From assembly GCA_947305555.1 (NCBI GenBank), contig CAMZDW010000003.1, positions 4,856-68,855 on the forward strand: a stretch of DNA of 64,000 nt. The letters are read 5' to 3'. The DNA comes from an uncultured Elusimicrobium sp. Its GTDB lineage: Bacteria > Elusimicrobiota > Elusimicrobia > Elusimicrobiales > Elusimicrobiaceae. The position numbers and the translations under genes are program-made. Of this stretch, positions 30,859 to 40,700 are shown one piece after another; positions within the stretch are counted from its first letter, which is position 1, and each line of letters begins with the position of its first letter. The notes under the pieces were generated by a model. It had not been told where the DNA came from. It saw nothing but the letters and a program-made list of their open reading frames with translations, and did no database searches.

Positions 30859-30933
30859 AAATACAAAAACCCCTCTACTTGTATTGTGCTTTATATCAAG
30901 GGCATCCGTCAAGAATGCTCCCTATGCTATAAA

Positions 30934-30960
30934 AAATCCTCCGTTTAAAAACGGAGGATT
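30934..30960. terminator. Intrinsic terminator
   Basis: AATCCTCCGTTT-aa-AAACGGAGGATT. Confidence 0.75.
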
Positions 30961-30977
30961 AAAAATCATCTTACCGA

Positions 30978-31448
30978 CTACCGGGCAGCCGTTCGGAAGA
31001 AATTGCCCTTCACGTTATGGGTCAGCTGAACGCGCCCCATCGTTTTATCTGCGCTTACCAGCACGTCCTTTGAATTGGGCTGAATCATTTCTTCGTGGGC
31101 CCCAAAAATATCGCCCTGTTTAATCAATCCAAGTTGACCATGGCTATTAATTTGCACTTCCATTTTTAAATTTCCTTCCACGGTTCCGGTCAGCAAATCT
31201 TCTTCTCCCAACACAAAATTCAATGGGAATTTGGGATTTACAACCCGTTTGATCGCTACGGGCACATCAGCTTCATTCTTGACAATAATTGCACAAGAAT
31301 TATTGTCCGCCTGGGCCATTTCGGCTAATCGCTCCGGCACGGTAACCGTCCCGGTTATATTAAAACGTTTATCGCTGACAGTCCTGTTATTACAAACAGC
31401 ACATACAATGACACTGCATGTAGCAACTGCTAATAAAATCTTTTTCAT
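30978..31448 (-). CDS. Exported protein resembling the C-terminal Ig-like domain of CcmI/CycH
   Basis: Signal/lipoprotein-like N-terminus; P.A.KR...P.FP..F.L...D and S.G......GD..G pattern (family call recalled). Confidence 0.5.
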   Translation of the reverse strand: MKKILLAVATCSVIVCAVCNNRTVSDKRFNITGTVTVPERLAEMAQADNNSCAIIVKNEADVPVAIKRVVNPKFPLNFVLGEEDLLTGTVEGNLKMEVQINSHGQLGLIKQGDIFGAHEEMIQPNSKDVLVSADKTMGRVQLTHNVKGNFFRTAAR

Positions 31449-31505
31449 ATTTATATTTTACCCTTTTTGAACGGCCCTGGCAACCCACTTCCCCATTAAC
31501 CGCAA

Positions 31506-31533
31506 AACGGGCCCCTGGTATAGGGACCCGTTT
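31506..31533. terminator. Intrinsic terminator
   Basis: AAACGGG-CCC...GGG-CCCGTTT. Confidence 0.65.
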
Positions 31534-31554
31534 CACCTTGTTACTTAGATTAAA

Positions 31555-32022
31555 TTATTGTTTGAAAAAACCCCACAAGTTGGCATTATAAATCCAACCT
31601 TTGCAGGTTCCTTCTTTGGCATTGGCAGGGTCATCTACTACTTGAATCCATTTCCCCTGTTTGGCCAAATATTTAAAAGGATAACCTTTTTCTACGGTGC
31701 ATACAATATCCGCATTAGCAGACGGGCTCTTGCGAACATTCACATCTACTTTGGCAGACATTCCGCCTTCCGGGCTGAGTAAGTCCGCAGAAATCCAACC
31801 GTTAAATCCTTCAAAATCTTTAATAAGGACCCAAGATTTATCTTCATTGGTCTTTACCATGATAACCGGGGTATATCGCCAGGCATACCATTTAATAGCA
31901 CATTTTGTACCGGCGCAAGTGCGAATATTAGCACGTTTAGCATTGACGCTTGCATATTTTTGGGCGAACACAGGCGCCACGGAAAATACGAATAAAGCGG
32001 TTAAAGCGATTACTTTTTTCAT
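31555..32022 (-). CDS. Secreted tandem bacterial SH3-domain protein
   Basis: Signal peptide; two NIR/NVR...W...GW repeats. Confidence 0.85.
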   Translation of the reverse strand: MKKVIALTALFVFSVAPVFAQKYASVNAKRANIRTCAGTKCAIKWYAWRYTPVIMVKTNEDKSWVLIKDFEGFNGWISADLLSPEGGMSAKVDVNVRKSPSANADIVCTVEKGYPFKYLAKQGKWIQVVDDPANAKEGTCKGWIYNANLWGFFKQ

Positions 32023-32158
32023 AGATTTCTCCTATTTCATTCCAGCCTGAAAAACTTACCTTAAAAGTATACATATATTTTTTATCGGAAGTCAATAATA
32101 CACAAGACTATTTCCAAAAAGATATAATAAAGTATACCTTTCTGTTAGGAGATTTTGT

Positions 32159-32383
32159 ATGAAAGAACAAGTAGAACAAGTGATTAATGATATTCGCCCC
32201 ATTTTACAATCTGACGGCGGAGATATTCAATTGATTGGCGTGGATGAAAAAACCGGGATTGTAACCGTAGGCCTGCGCGGACGCTGCGGCAGCTGCCCTC
32301 ATGCCCAAATGACTTTACAAGCCGTTGTGGAAAAGAAAATTAAAGAACTCGTCCCCGGTGTTACTGCGGTAGAACGCGTCTAA
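32159..32383 (+). CDS. NifU/Nfu-like Fe-S carrier
   Basis: IRP.LQ.DGGDI, G.CGSCP. Confidence 0.9.
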   Translation: MKEQVEQVINDIRPILQSDGGDIQLIGVDEKTGIVTVGLRGRCGSCPHAQMTLQAVVEKKIKELVPGVTAVERV

Positions 32384-33195
32384 TGCCAAAAATAGATTTG
32401 CATACGCACTCCTCCTTTTCCGATGGAACTTCCTCGCCCGAGGAAGTGGTTCGTGTTGCTCTAAAAACTGGCGTTAAACTATTTGCGCTCACGGACCACG
32501 ATACCACGGATGGGGTGAAGTATGCTCAACAAATCTGTAATGACCACCGCATTTTATTTACCCCGGCAGTAGAAATTAGCACCCGCGAACACGATTATTT
32601 ACATTTTACCGGCTATCGGCTGGATTTAGAGAATAAAGAGTTTCAGGCTTTTTTGGCTCAAAATCGGCAGAACCGGCTTCTTAGAATTCGCAAAATTATC
32701 CAGCAGCTTATAGCAGCTGGGGTAGACATCTGCGAAGAAGATGTTTTTAGCCGGGCGCCCAATACGGTATCGCGTGCACACGTGGCAGATGCCCTCAAAG
32801 CGAAAAAAATTGTAGCTACCCGGCAAGAAGGTTTTAAAAAATATTTACTTCCCGGTACGCCAGGCTATGTGCCTTCTGCCGGCGTAACAGCACGGGAAGC
32901 TATCTGCCACATTAAAAAAGCAGGTGGAATTGCCGTTGTTGCGCATCCCGGCATGGTAAGCGAGTGTTGGGATTTCCCTGCGTGGAAAGAAGCCGGGCTG
33001 GATGGCATTGAAGTATTCTATCCGGCACATACCCGTTCGTTACAACAAGATTTGCTAGCCTTAGCCCGCAAGTATGGATTACTTTGCACAGCCGGTTCCG
33101 ATTATCACGGACCGCGCGCCGGCCGCATTACGACAACCGGATTATCTATTGCCCAATCCCATTACGATCGGCTCTGCCACGCGCTTTTTGATTAA
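32383..33195 (+). CDS. PHP-domain phosphoesterase (TrpH/YciV-like)
   Basis: DLHTHS..SDG, TDHD, AHP, GSDYHG. Confidence 0.88.
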   Translation: MPKIDLHTHSSFSDGTSSPEEVVRVALKTGVKLFALTDHDTTDGVKYAQQICNDHRILFTPAVEISTREHDYLHFTGYRLDLENKEFQAFLAQNRQNRLLRIRKIIQQLIAAGVDICEEDVFSRAPNTVSRAHVADALKAKKIVATRQEGFKKYLLPGTPGYVPSAGVTAREAICHIKKAGGIAVVAHPGMVSECWDFPAWKEAGLDGIEVFYPAHTRSLQQDLLALARKYGLLCTAGSDYHGPRAGRITTTGLSIAQSHYDRLCHALFD

Positions 33196-33254
33196 CATTT
33201 TATTTTTGATATTTTTTGTCAATACGTCTGTCAAATTTGCTATTCTTACTTAAG

Positions 33255-34277
33255 ATGGATACCGACATTCTTTTAAAAAATACTTCTCGCAGCTTATATC
33301 TTAGCGTACAGGCTTTGCCCCGTGCCGTGCGGCCGGCATTTTCCATTGCTTATTTACTTTGCCGCTATGCCGATACTATCGCGGACACCCACCTGTTAGC
33401 CCAAGAGCTCCGGTTATCCTGGATACGGCAATTCCCTTCTTTACTGGAAAAACAACCGCCCAAACTAATTGAAGAACTAACGCATCAAATCTCCGGGAAA
33501 AGCGATAATCCATATGAAGAGGAACTAATTAAAAATCTTCCCCTTTGTTTGGAACAATTCAACCAATTATCCGCAGAAGACCAATCAATTATTCTGCAAG
33601 TAGTTCGCGCAGTATGCCAGGGAATGGAAATAGATTTAAGTTTTTTCCCCACCGAGAAGAACAGCCAACCTCGTGCTTTTCAAACTTTCCAAGAGTTGGA
33701 ACACTACTGCCGTTTGATGGGCGGAAAACCCGGATTATTTTGGAGCCAATTAATCGCCAAGACCACCTCCCTATCTGTCCCGACAAGTGAGTTCTTTTCC
33801 TGGGGAGAACTCATTGGAGATGCCCTTCAAATCGTCAATATTTTGCGCGATCTACCTAAAGACTTACTGCTGGGACGATGCTATTTTCCTTTGGAAGATT
33901 TACAGAAGGTAGGGCTAACACCACAAGACATGCTGCTCCCTTCAAACTCCGTCCGTTTTAATCCCATTAAGAAAAAATGGATTCATTGGGGCCTTGGCCG
34001 TTTACAGCAAGCTCATGCCTACTTTGGCCAACTTTCCAAATGGCAACCCGGGCAACGCGCCGCTGTGGCTTGGCCTATATTGTGGACAGCCGATACGCTT
34101 TATCTTTTGGAAAAAGAACCCTGTTTGTTGAATCCGGCACATCGCGTCAAAATTCCGCGAAGTACGATTTATTTTACCTTGGCTTGTACTCCTTTCTTAT
34201 GCTTAAGCAATACTGCTTTTTCTCTTTGGCTAAATCATAAAATAGCCCGTTTTACGACAAAAAATTCGGAAAATTAA
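33255..34277 (+). CDS. Squalene/phytoene synthase family protein
   Basis: TSRS, AYLLCRYADTIAD, YC..MGG, LQIVNILRD..KD...GR.YFP. Confidence 0.88.
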   Translation: MDTDILLKNTSRSLYLSVQALPRAVRPAFSIAYLLCRYADTIADTHLLAQELRLSWIRQFPSLLEKQPPKLIEELTHQISGKSDNPYEEELIKNLPLCLEQFNQLSAEDQSIILQVVRAVCQGMEIDLSFFPTEKNSQPRAFQTFQELEHYCRLMGGKPGLFWSQLIAKTTSLSVPTSEFFSWGELIGDALQIVNILRDLPKDLLLGRCYFPLEDLQKVGLTPQDMLLPSNSVRFNPIKKKWIHWGLGRLQQAHAYFGQLSKWQPGQRAAVAWPILWTADTLYLLEKEPCLLNPAHRVKIPRSTIYFTLACTPFLCLSNTAFSLWLNHKIARFTTKNSEN

Positions 34278-34371
34278 TTCTTTTTTCTCTCCAAAATAGC
34301 TATACTATAAGCTATATTGCTTTCTGCTTACCCTTGTTTCGTTGATATCCACGAACTGAAAAGGAGTTTAA

Positions 34372-35793
34372 ATGACTGATGCATTAATGCACGCGGTATC
34401 CATTCTTAATGACCGCTTTTTAGGATACGTTTTATTGTTTGCCCTGTTGGCTGCAGGTGTTTATTTTAGTTTTGCCACCCGTTGGGTGCAATGTTTTAAT
34501 CCCAAAGAGTTACTCTTCCTCCTGGTGGGACGTTCTCATAAAAAAGGACATATTTCCCCCTTCCAAGCCTTTGCAATTAGTACGGCTTCGCGCGTTGGAA
34601 CAGGCAACATCGCCGGCGTTGCTCTTGCCATTACCTTAGGAGGGCCGGGCGCTATCTTTTGGATGTGGGTCATTGCCGTATGTGGAGCCGCATCCTCTTT
34701 CGTAGAAAGCACGTTGGCACAAGTGTATAAGGTCCCTACCGCAGGCCATTTTCGCGGAGGACCGGCCTATTATATGCAATATGCACTGGGAATGAGAAAA
34801 TTGGCTTTGGCTTTTTCCGTAATTATTACATTGACGTTCGCCTTTACATTTAACTCGGTCCAGGCCAATACAATTGCTCATTCCTTACAGACCGCCTTCC
34901 AAATTCCATTAGCAGTTACAGGGCTCCTCGTAACAGCCTTTTCAGCCCTGATTATTTTTGGTGGGCTTCGTCGTATTGCTCAATTCTCCGCAGTGATTGT
35001 TCCTGTCTTTGCATTGGGCTATATTTTGATTACCTTGATTGTCATGCTTCTCAATATTCCCAAACTACCCGGTGTTTTGGCCCTTATTTTTACCGATGCT
35101 TTCACTTGGCACAAAGTGGCCGGTGGAACTTTAGGAGCAACCATTATGATAGGAGCAAGACGCGGGCTGTTTTCCAACGAAGCCGGGATGGGAAGTGCCC
35201 CTAACGCTGCTGCCACCGCCAACACTTCGCATCCGGCCAAACAGGGTTATGTGCAGGCTTTTGGCGTTTTTGTGGATACGTTGTTGATTTGCAGTTGCAC
35301 TGCTTTTATTGTGTTGCTGTCTGATTACCAGGCAACTCCCGCGCAAGGAATTGCTCTAACACAATTTGCGCTTACCAGCGAACTGGGTAATTTTGGCAAT
35401 TACTTCCTGACGGCCAGCGTGCTTCTCTTTGCCTTTACCTCCATCATTGGGAACTATTATTATGGACAGGCTAACGTCGAATTTGTAACTACCGGCAAAA
35501 AAGCGTTATTTCTGTTTCGGGTAGGAGTCTGCGGTATGATTTTTCTGGGAGCTATTGCCCAATTAAATCTGGTATGGAATATCGCCGATGTATTTATGAC
35601 GGTAATGGCCTTGATGAATCTGTATGCTATTTTCCGTTTACGCCGGCAAGCTTTGGATGTTTTAGCCGACTACCGACGGCAAAAATTGCAAGGGGAGGAT
35701 CCTGTTTTCTACCCGGAAAATGTTCCTTCTGTTGGAAAAACTTACGCATGGCATAGCCGTTCCCACCTGGAAGCAGGGCCCACACAAAAATAG
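34372..35793 (+). CDS. Alanine/glycine:cation symporter (AGCS)
   Basis: RVGTGNIAGVA, GGPGAIFWMW, GGPAYY, RGLFSNEAGMGS. Confidence 0.93.
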   Translation: MTDALMHAVSILNDRFLGYVLLFALLAAGVYFSFATRWVQCFNPKELLFLLVGRSHKKGHISPFQAFAISTASRVGTGNIAGVALAITLGGPGAIFWMWVIAVCGAASSFVESTLAQVYKVPTAGHFRGGPAYYMQYALGMRKLALAFSVIITLTFAFTFNSVQANTIAHSLQTAFQIPLAVTGLLVTAFSALIIFGGLRRIAQFSAVIVPVFALGYILITLIVMLLNIPKLPGVLALIFTDAFTWHKVAGGTLGATIMIGARRGLFSNEAGMGSAPNAAATANTSHPAKQGYVQAFGVFVDTLLICSCTAFIVLLSDYQATPAQGIALTQFALTSELGNFGNYFLTASVLLFAFTSIIGNYYYGQANVEFVTTGKKALFLFRVGVCGMIFLGAIAQLNLVWNIADVFMTVMALMNLYAIFRLRRQALDVLADYRRQKLQGEDPVFYPENVPSVGKTYAWHSRSHLEAGPTQK

Positions 35794-35830
35794 GTCTTGA
35801 AATTTTTCTAAAAAGTCTTACAGTATAGGT

Positions 35831-35996
35831 ACAAGTACTTGGGGTCAGCCCGATTTTCCTTGGTTGCAGTTGTGCAGTTACTGCGTAATTGCCGATTGCA
35901 TAAAGACCCGGAAGCGGAGCTCCCTTAGGAAAGAGGAACATAAGTCATGATAATGACAATAATGAGCTAAACCCCCGAACTAATACGCGGGGGTTT
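35831..35996 (+). ncRNA. Candidate orphan small RNA
   Basis: Putative promoter TTGAAA-N16-TACAGT (35797-35824), a long G-U-containing hairpin and a terminator; no credible CDS. Confidence 0.45.
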
Positions 35997-36003
35997 ATTT
36001 TTT
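35969..36003. terminator. Intrinsic terminator
   Basis: AAACCCCCG...CGGGGGTTT followed by a T-rich tail. Confidence 0.75.
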
Positions 36004-36013
36004 GCAAAAAATT

Positions 36014-36745
36014 TCAATTTTCCGTGTTGCCCTTCTTGGCAGCTTCCAACTTCTTTTGTATCAGATATCTATTGAATATTTTCCGTAGGGATATTATACC
36101 TATAAGCAGAAAAATACAACTCCCTGCCGCAAAGCTCCAGCAAATGACATCATTATTCCAATGCTTGAACAGATAATAAAGAAATCCAATCGGTACTAAC
36201 AAAATCACTAGGAAAAATAAAACAAAAAGCGTTTCAGCTAATTTTTTCGGTGTTTTTTGTAATAGAGAATATCTTACTTCTTCTACCTGCCCGCGCCGAA
36301 TTACTCGTACTAATTCTTCTGTATGTATTCCGTATTTTAAATGATCTTCTAATCGACGAGTTAATTCTTGTGCGAAATACTTCCGCACCGTATCTGCCTG
36401 ACTATTTTGGAATTCATAACTAAAAGATTTAAAAGGATGTTTTTCATCCAACAGAGAAAAAATTTCTTTCCCATTCCCCAATACATCCACCGGGATGGGA
36501 GGGATAGAGGGAGTAAACAGGAAAGTTAATTGACTTACATGAGGGGTGTAAATAATGGCATTAACCCCATGCTGCTGATTTGATTCGGAACGTGCCGACG
36601 TTTCCAGATGAATTATAATTTTTAAATCTATTTCGTTATAGGGAAGAATAGCTTCCGTAACTCCGGATAAAATCACCTGTTCCTTTAAAAACGAAACACG
36701 CGTAAAAGCAGCGGCTTTTGTACCCTTTTTTACAAGAAAGTCCAT
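36014..36745 (-). CDS. Hypothetical membrane protein with two C-terminal TM helices
   Basis: 243-aa ORF with SD GGAGAG; visibly more AT-rich than its neighbours. Confidence 0.65.
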   Translation of the reverse strand: MDFLVKKGTKAAAFTRVSFLKEQVILSGVTEAILPYNEIDLKIIIHLETSARSESNQQHGVNAIIYTPHVSQLTFLFTPSIPPIPVDVLGNGKEIFSLLDEKHPFKSFSYEFQNSQADTVRKYFAQELTRRLEDHLKYGIHTEELVRVIRRGQVEEVRYSLLQKTPKKLAETLFVLFFLVILLVPIGFLYYLFKHWNNDVICWSFAAGSCIFLLIGIISLRKIFNRYLIQKKLEAAKKGNTEN

Positions 36746-36758
36746 TCTCTCCGTTTCC

Positions 36759-38174
36759 CTATTTTTTATAATCCATACAGCAATTACCCAACATACACTC
36801 GCTACACGTACTTTGTTTGGGAGATTCTTTTAAAGCCGCCAACAACTTGCGGGCAAAATCGGTCAGGGTGGGATCACGCGCCCCAAGCACCAGGATAATA
36901 TCTCCCGGCTTAGCAGCTGCCGCTATTTGAGCGAGCATCTTTTCACGGCAACCGTCGTACGTTACATTTACACCGCGCGCTTTGAGTCCTTCATATACAT
37001 TACGGCAAGAAATTCCTTCCGGGATTGTGCCACCTGGATAATACACTTCTGTCAGCCACAAGTGGTCATCCTTCCCGATACTTTTGGTAAAGCTGTCCAC
37101 AAATTCGTTCGTAAGTAATTTGATGGAGGTAAATGCATGCGGCTGATAAAACGCAAGTACGCGTTTACCGCGCAAGTGAGCAGCGGCAATCGTTGCAGCC
37201 AGTTTATGCGGATTGTGAGCGAAATCATCCACTACTTCAATCTTATTAAAACTGCCAATACTGGCAAACCGTCGGGCAATCCCCTGAAATTTATTGAGGG
37301 CTTTGGCACACGTTTCCAAATCCACCCCCATTTCAAGCGCGGCTGACACTGCGGCCGTGGCATTGGCCACGTTATGAAGGCCGGGTACCTGCAAGCGGAA
37401 CGGTTGGCCTTTAATCATAAAGTCCGATCCAAAGCCATCTACTTTAATAGCGCTCGGGCAAAGATCGCCACGCGTCAAACCAAATGTTTTTGCTTCCGGC
37501 GCCAGTACGCATAAATTATCTTCTTCTGCATTAATGATGGCTGTTTTGCAGTGAGAGATAAATTCCTTAAAGTATCCTTGCAACACGGCAATTTCTTTGT
37601 GGTCTTTTTGCAAGTTCAAACAAAGCCCTACGTGCGGGCGATATTTAACAATGGAACCATCACTCTCGTCGGCTTCAATAACTAAAATATCGCTTTTTCC
37701 CTTGTAAACGTTACCAAAAACACCTTGTTCTTTTTGCAGGGATAAAATGGCTGCCCCCGTAATGACCGACGGCTCTAATCCGGCAAAAGCTAAAATATCG
37801 TACACCATCGCAGTCGTGGTACTTTTACCGCTGGTGCCCGACACTGCAATCGTGCGGTGCGAAGCCACATGTTTAGCAAGCAGTTCGGAACGGTGCATGG
37901 TGGGAATATTCAATGCACGTGCTTTTTGAAGTTCCGGATTATCGTCTTCAATCGCGGAAGATAAAATAACAAGCTCCGTTTTTTCATCAACACCAGTTCC
38001 GTCCTGCGGAAACAAACGAATATTTAATTTTTTAAGATAATCCCACAAGGCCATATCCGTATATCCCTTGCTAATTAAGCGGTCAGACCCCGTTACTTCG
38101 TCACCGCCCATTGCGTGCAGTTGTGCCAAAGCACTCATTCCAACGCCACCAATTCCAATAAAGTGAATTTTCAT
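36759..38174 (-). CDS. murC: UDP-N-acetylmuramate--L-alanine ligase (MurC/Mpl family)
   Basis: HFIGIGGVGMSALA, GTSGKSTT, EADESD, DDFAHNP, YQPH. Confidence 0.8.
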   Translation of the reverse strand: MKIHFIGIGGVGMSALAQLHAMGGDEVTGSDRLISKGYTDMALWDYLKKLNIRLFPQDGTGVDEKTELVILSSAIEDDNPELQKARALNIPTMHRSELLAKHVASHRTIAVSGTSGKSTTTAMVYDILAFAGLEPSVITGAAILSLQKEQGVFGNVYKGKSDILVIEADESDGSIVKYRPHVGLCLNLQKDHKEIAVLQGYFKEFISHCKTAIINAEEDNLCVLAPEAKTFGLTRGDLCPSAIKVDGFGSDFMIKGQPFRLQVPGLHNVANATAAVSAALEMGVDLETCAKALNKFQGIARRFASIGSFNKIEVVDDFAHNPHKLAATIAAAHLRGKRVLAFYQPHAFTSIKLLTNEFVDSFTKSIGKDDHLWLTEVYYPGGTIPEGISCRNVYEGLKARGVNVTYDGCREKMLAQIAAAAKPGDIILVLGARDPTLTDFARKLLAALKESPKQSTCSECMLGNCCMDYKK

Positions 38175-38845
38175 TTTTTATGTTCCTTTAGTTTAAATTT
38201 TGCAAAATCTTTCATGGTGTAAAAACCTTTTTCACACGTAACCAGCCACTTAGCAATACGAAGCGCCGAATCGGCAAATAAATCCCGGTTTAGCGCTTTG
38301 TGTGTTAGTGTAATTTCATCCAGTGCGGTAGAAAATTGAGCCGTATGCGTGCCAACTGTTTCGCCCAACCGTTCGTATGTAACACGCTCGGTCGCAAACC
38401 CAATCGCTTGCGCAATATTCTTAGCCGTTCCGCTGGGTGCATCTTTTTTATGGACGTGATGAATCTCGTGCAGTTTTGTTTCGTACCCGGCATACATCTG
38501 CGCGGCTTGGCGCACGAGTTCCGTAAAAAAATACACGCTCAAGCTGACATTGGGCGCGTAAAATACCGGAATCTTTTCCTCTTGTTGCATTTGGAACAAG
38601 AATGTTTCGGGCAAATTGGTCGTACCTGTTAGAAACGGCTTTCGGTGTTTTTTAGCTAACGCAAATGCTTCCTGCGCACCCTGCGGTGTGGAAAAATCGA
38701 TCAGCACATCAAAATCAGCCGATACCGTTTCGCCGCTTTCGCGCCCGGCGGCAAAGGTGAGCTCCAGTTCGGGTTGCGTTTGAATAAGGCGTTTTAACGC
38801 TTGGCCCATTTTACCGTTAATACCGTTAATCAGCACACGCGTCAT
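38171..38845 (-). CDS. dapB: 4-hydroxy-tetrahydrodipicolinate reductase
   Basis: G..GKMG, IDFS, GTT, EIHH.HKKDAPSGTA. Confidence 0.93.
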   Translation of the reverse strand: MTRVLINGINGKMGQALKRLIQTQPELELTFAAGRESGETVSADFDVLIDFSTPQGAQEAFALAKKHRKPFLTGTTNLPETFLFQMQQEEKIPVFYAPNVSLSVYFFTELVRQAAQMYAGYETKLHEIHHVHKKDAPSGTAKNIAQAIGFATERVTYERLGETVGTHTAQFSTALDEITLTHKALNRDLFADSALRIAKWLVTCEKGFYTMKDFAKFKLKEHKK

Positions 38846-39720
38846 ACATACTTCTCCAACAACAGTTCTACAATTTGCCGTCCGTTCATGGCAGCTCCTT
38901 TGAGCAAGTTATCAAAGGTAATAAAGTAATTAATTACACGAGGATCTTCTACATCTGCACGCAAGCGGCAAATGAAGGTGGTTTCTTTCCCGGCTGCTTC
39001 TTTGGGAGTAATTACGCTTTCACTATAACGCAAATTTGGAAAATTATTCCATGCTTTTTTGACCTCTTCCAGGTCAACAGGTTTATCCGTCTTGAGTGTT
39101 ACGCCCAGCGAGTGCGACACTTCCACCGGTACACGTACCGTGTGGCAATAAACTTTGATATCCGGCAATTCCAAAATTTTTCGTGTTTCGTAAATTCCTT
39201 TTAACTCTTCGCTGGTGTGTCCGTTGGGTTGGATAGAACCAATCAAAGGAACGCAATTTTTCTCGTAGTAAGAACCTGCTTTATTAAACTCATCAATCAG
39301 CTGTTTGCCTCCACCGCTAATTGCTTGATAGGAACAGAAAAACACTTCGGGCATGTGATAAAGCGGTTTTAACGGAGCCAAACTCATCACAAGCCCGGTC
39401 GTTGTGCAATTAGGGCTGGCAATTAGGTGTGTGTCCGGCGTAATGGCATGCGGATTAATTTCCGGAATAACGAGCGGGACCGACGGATCCAATCGAAATT
39501 CGGAAGACATGTCCACTATAAATTTTACTCGGTCTTTAATTTTTCCGGCCAATACGCGGCTGACCGGATTATCCGTACATAATACCGCAATATCAAGCGG
39601 TGTAATTTCATCATTGCGGCCAAATTTTTTTACTTGAAACGGCGTTTTGATTTTTTCTAATTCGGCCAATGTATTCCGGCCGACCATGCCGTTCGCGCCG
39701 ATAACACCTACTGTCTTCAT
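38842..39720 (-). CDS. asd: Aspartate-semialdehyde dehydrogenase
   Basis: GANGMVG, SSEFR, PNCTT, YQAISGGG, DNLLKGAA. Confidence 0.92.
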   Translation of the reverse strand: MKTVGVIGANGMVGRNTLAELEKIKTPFQVKKFGRNDEITPLDIAVLCTDNPVSRVLAGKIKDRVKFIVDMSSEFRLDPSVPLVIPEINPHAITPDTHLIASPNCTTTGLVMSLAPLKPLYHMPEVFFCSYQAISGGGKQLIDEFNKAGSYYEKNCVPLIGSIQPNGHTSEELKGIYETRKILELPDIKVYCHTVRVPVEVSHSLGVTLKTDKPVDLEEVKKAWNNFPNLRYSESVITPKEAAGKETTFICRLRADVEDPRVINYFITFDNLLKGAAMNGRQIVELLLEKYV

Positions 39721-39728
39721 AATTTCCT

Positions 39729-40613
39729 CTAAATAATTAAATTCTTATCTACTTGCGCTAAAAACGTATCAATTTGCGCTTGATGTTCCGCAGAAATAAC
39801 ACCTAACGGTAAACGCACAGAAGCCGAACCAAATCCTAATTTACTCAACATGTATTTAATACACGTTGGATTGGTTTCCAAATAACACGCTTTAATGAGT
39901 GGATAAAGCTGGGCAAACAGTGCAAAAGACTCTGCCGTTTTCCCTTCTCTAAATAAATTGTAAATCTTTACAAACGCCGGTGCAAATACGTTTGCCGCGG
40001 CACTGATAATACCACTAGCTCCCACCGATAAATACATGGGAAATAAATCATCATTTCCACATAAATAGTCAATACGTTTTGGATAGCGCACCGCCATTTC
40101 CATCACGTGAGCCATATCGTAATCGCTTTCCTTTACGGCAACTACTTGCGGTACTTCTTGCAATAATTTTTCAAACACTCCCATCGGCACTTTTAATCCC
40201 GTTCGTCCCGGAATGTGATACAGTACAATCGGGCTTCCCAGCGTAGCAACTTCTTTGTAATGCGCGATCAAGCCACTGGGATTTGGTTTATTGTAGTACG
40301 GCGTAACCACAAGTACCCCGTCCGGATGAAAGGCTTGCGCGGCGCGCGTATTTTCCACTGTGGCAACTGTGGAATTTGCTCCCGTACCGATTATAATTTT
40401 TACTTTCCCGGCTGCACGAGCGGTACAACGTGCTAAAATTTCCTGTTTTTCATGAGTGGCCAAGGTGGGCGTTTCGGCAGTAGTTCCCAGTAAAACAACA
40501 CCATGCACCCCTGCTTTTAGTTGGGCGTCCAGCAACCGTTCCAGGGCGGTATAATCTACCGCGCCGGAGGCCGTCATGGGGGTGGCTAAGGCGGTATAAA
40601 CTCCTGTAAACAT
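39729..40613 (-). CDS. dapA: 4-hydroxy-tetrahydrodipicolinate synthase
   Basis: GTTAE, TPYYNKP, Y.IPGRTG, KES, ETNP. Confidence 0.92.
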   Translation of the reverse strand: MFTGVYTALATPMTASGAVDYTALERLLDAQLKAGVHGVVLLGTTAETPTLATHEKQEILARCTARAAGKVKIIIGTGANSTVATVENTRAAQAFHPDGVLVVTPYYNKPNPSGLIAHYKEVATLGSPIVLYHIPGRTGLKVPMGVFEKLLQEVPQVVAVKESDYDMAHVMEMAVRYPKRIDYLCGNDDLFPMYLSVGASGIISAAANVFAPAFVKIYNLFREGKTAESFALFAQLYPLIKACYLETNPTCIKYMLSKLGFGSASVRLPLGVISAEHQAQIDTFLAQVDKNLII

Positions 40614-40700
40614 AAAATCTCCTGTACCAAAAATAGAACTACTCCTATTTTATCAATTTAAATTGCTATAATTAAATAACATTTTAACCGGAGAATAAAT

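Noticed and set aside
34278-34371. Glycine riboswitch upstream of the AGCS symporter
   Set aside because: The UTR is too short and lacks the GGAGA...GAAG...CAGG core.
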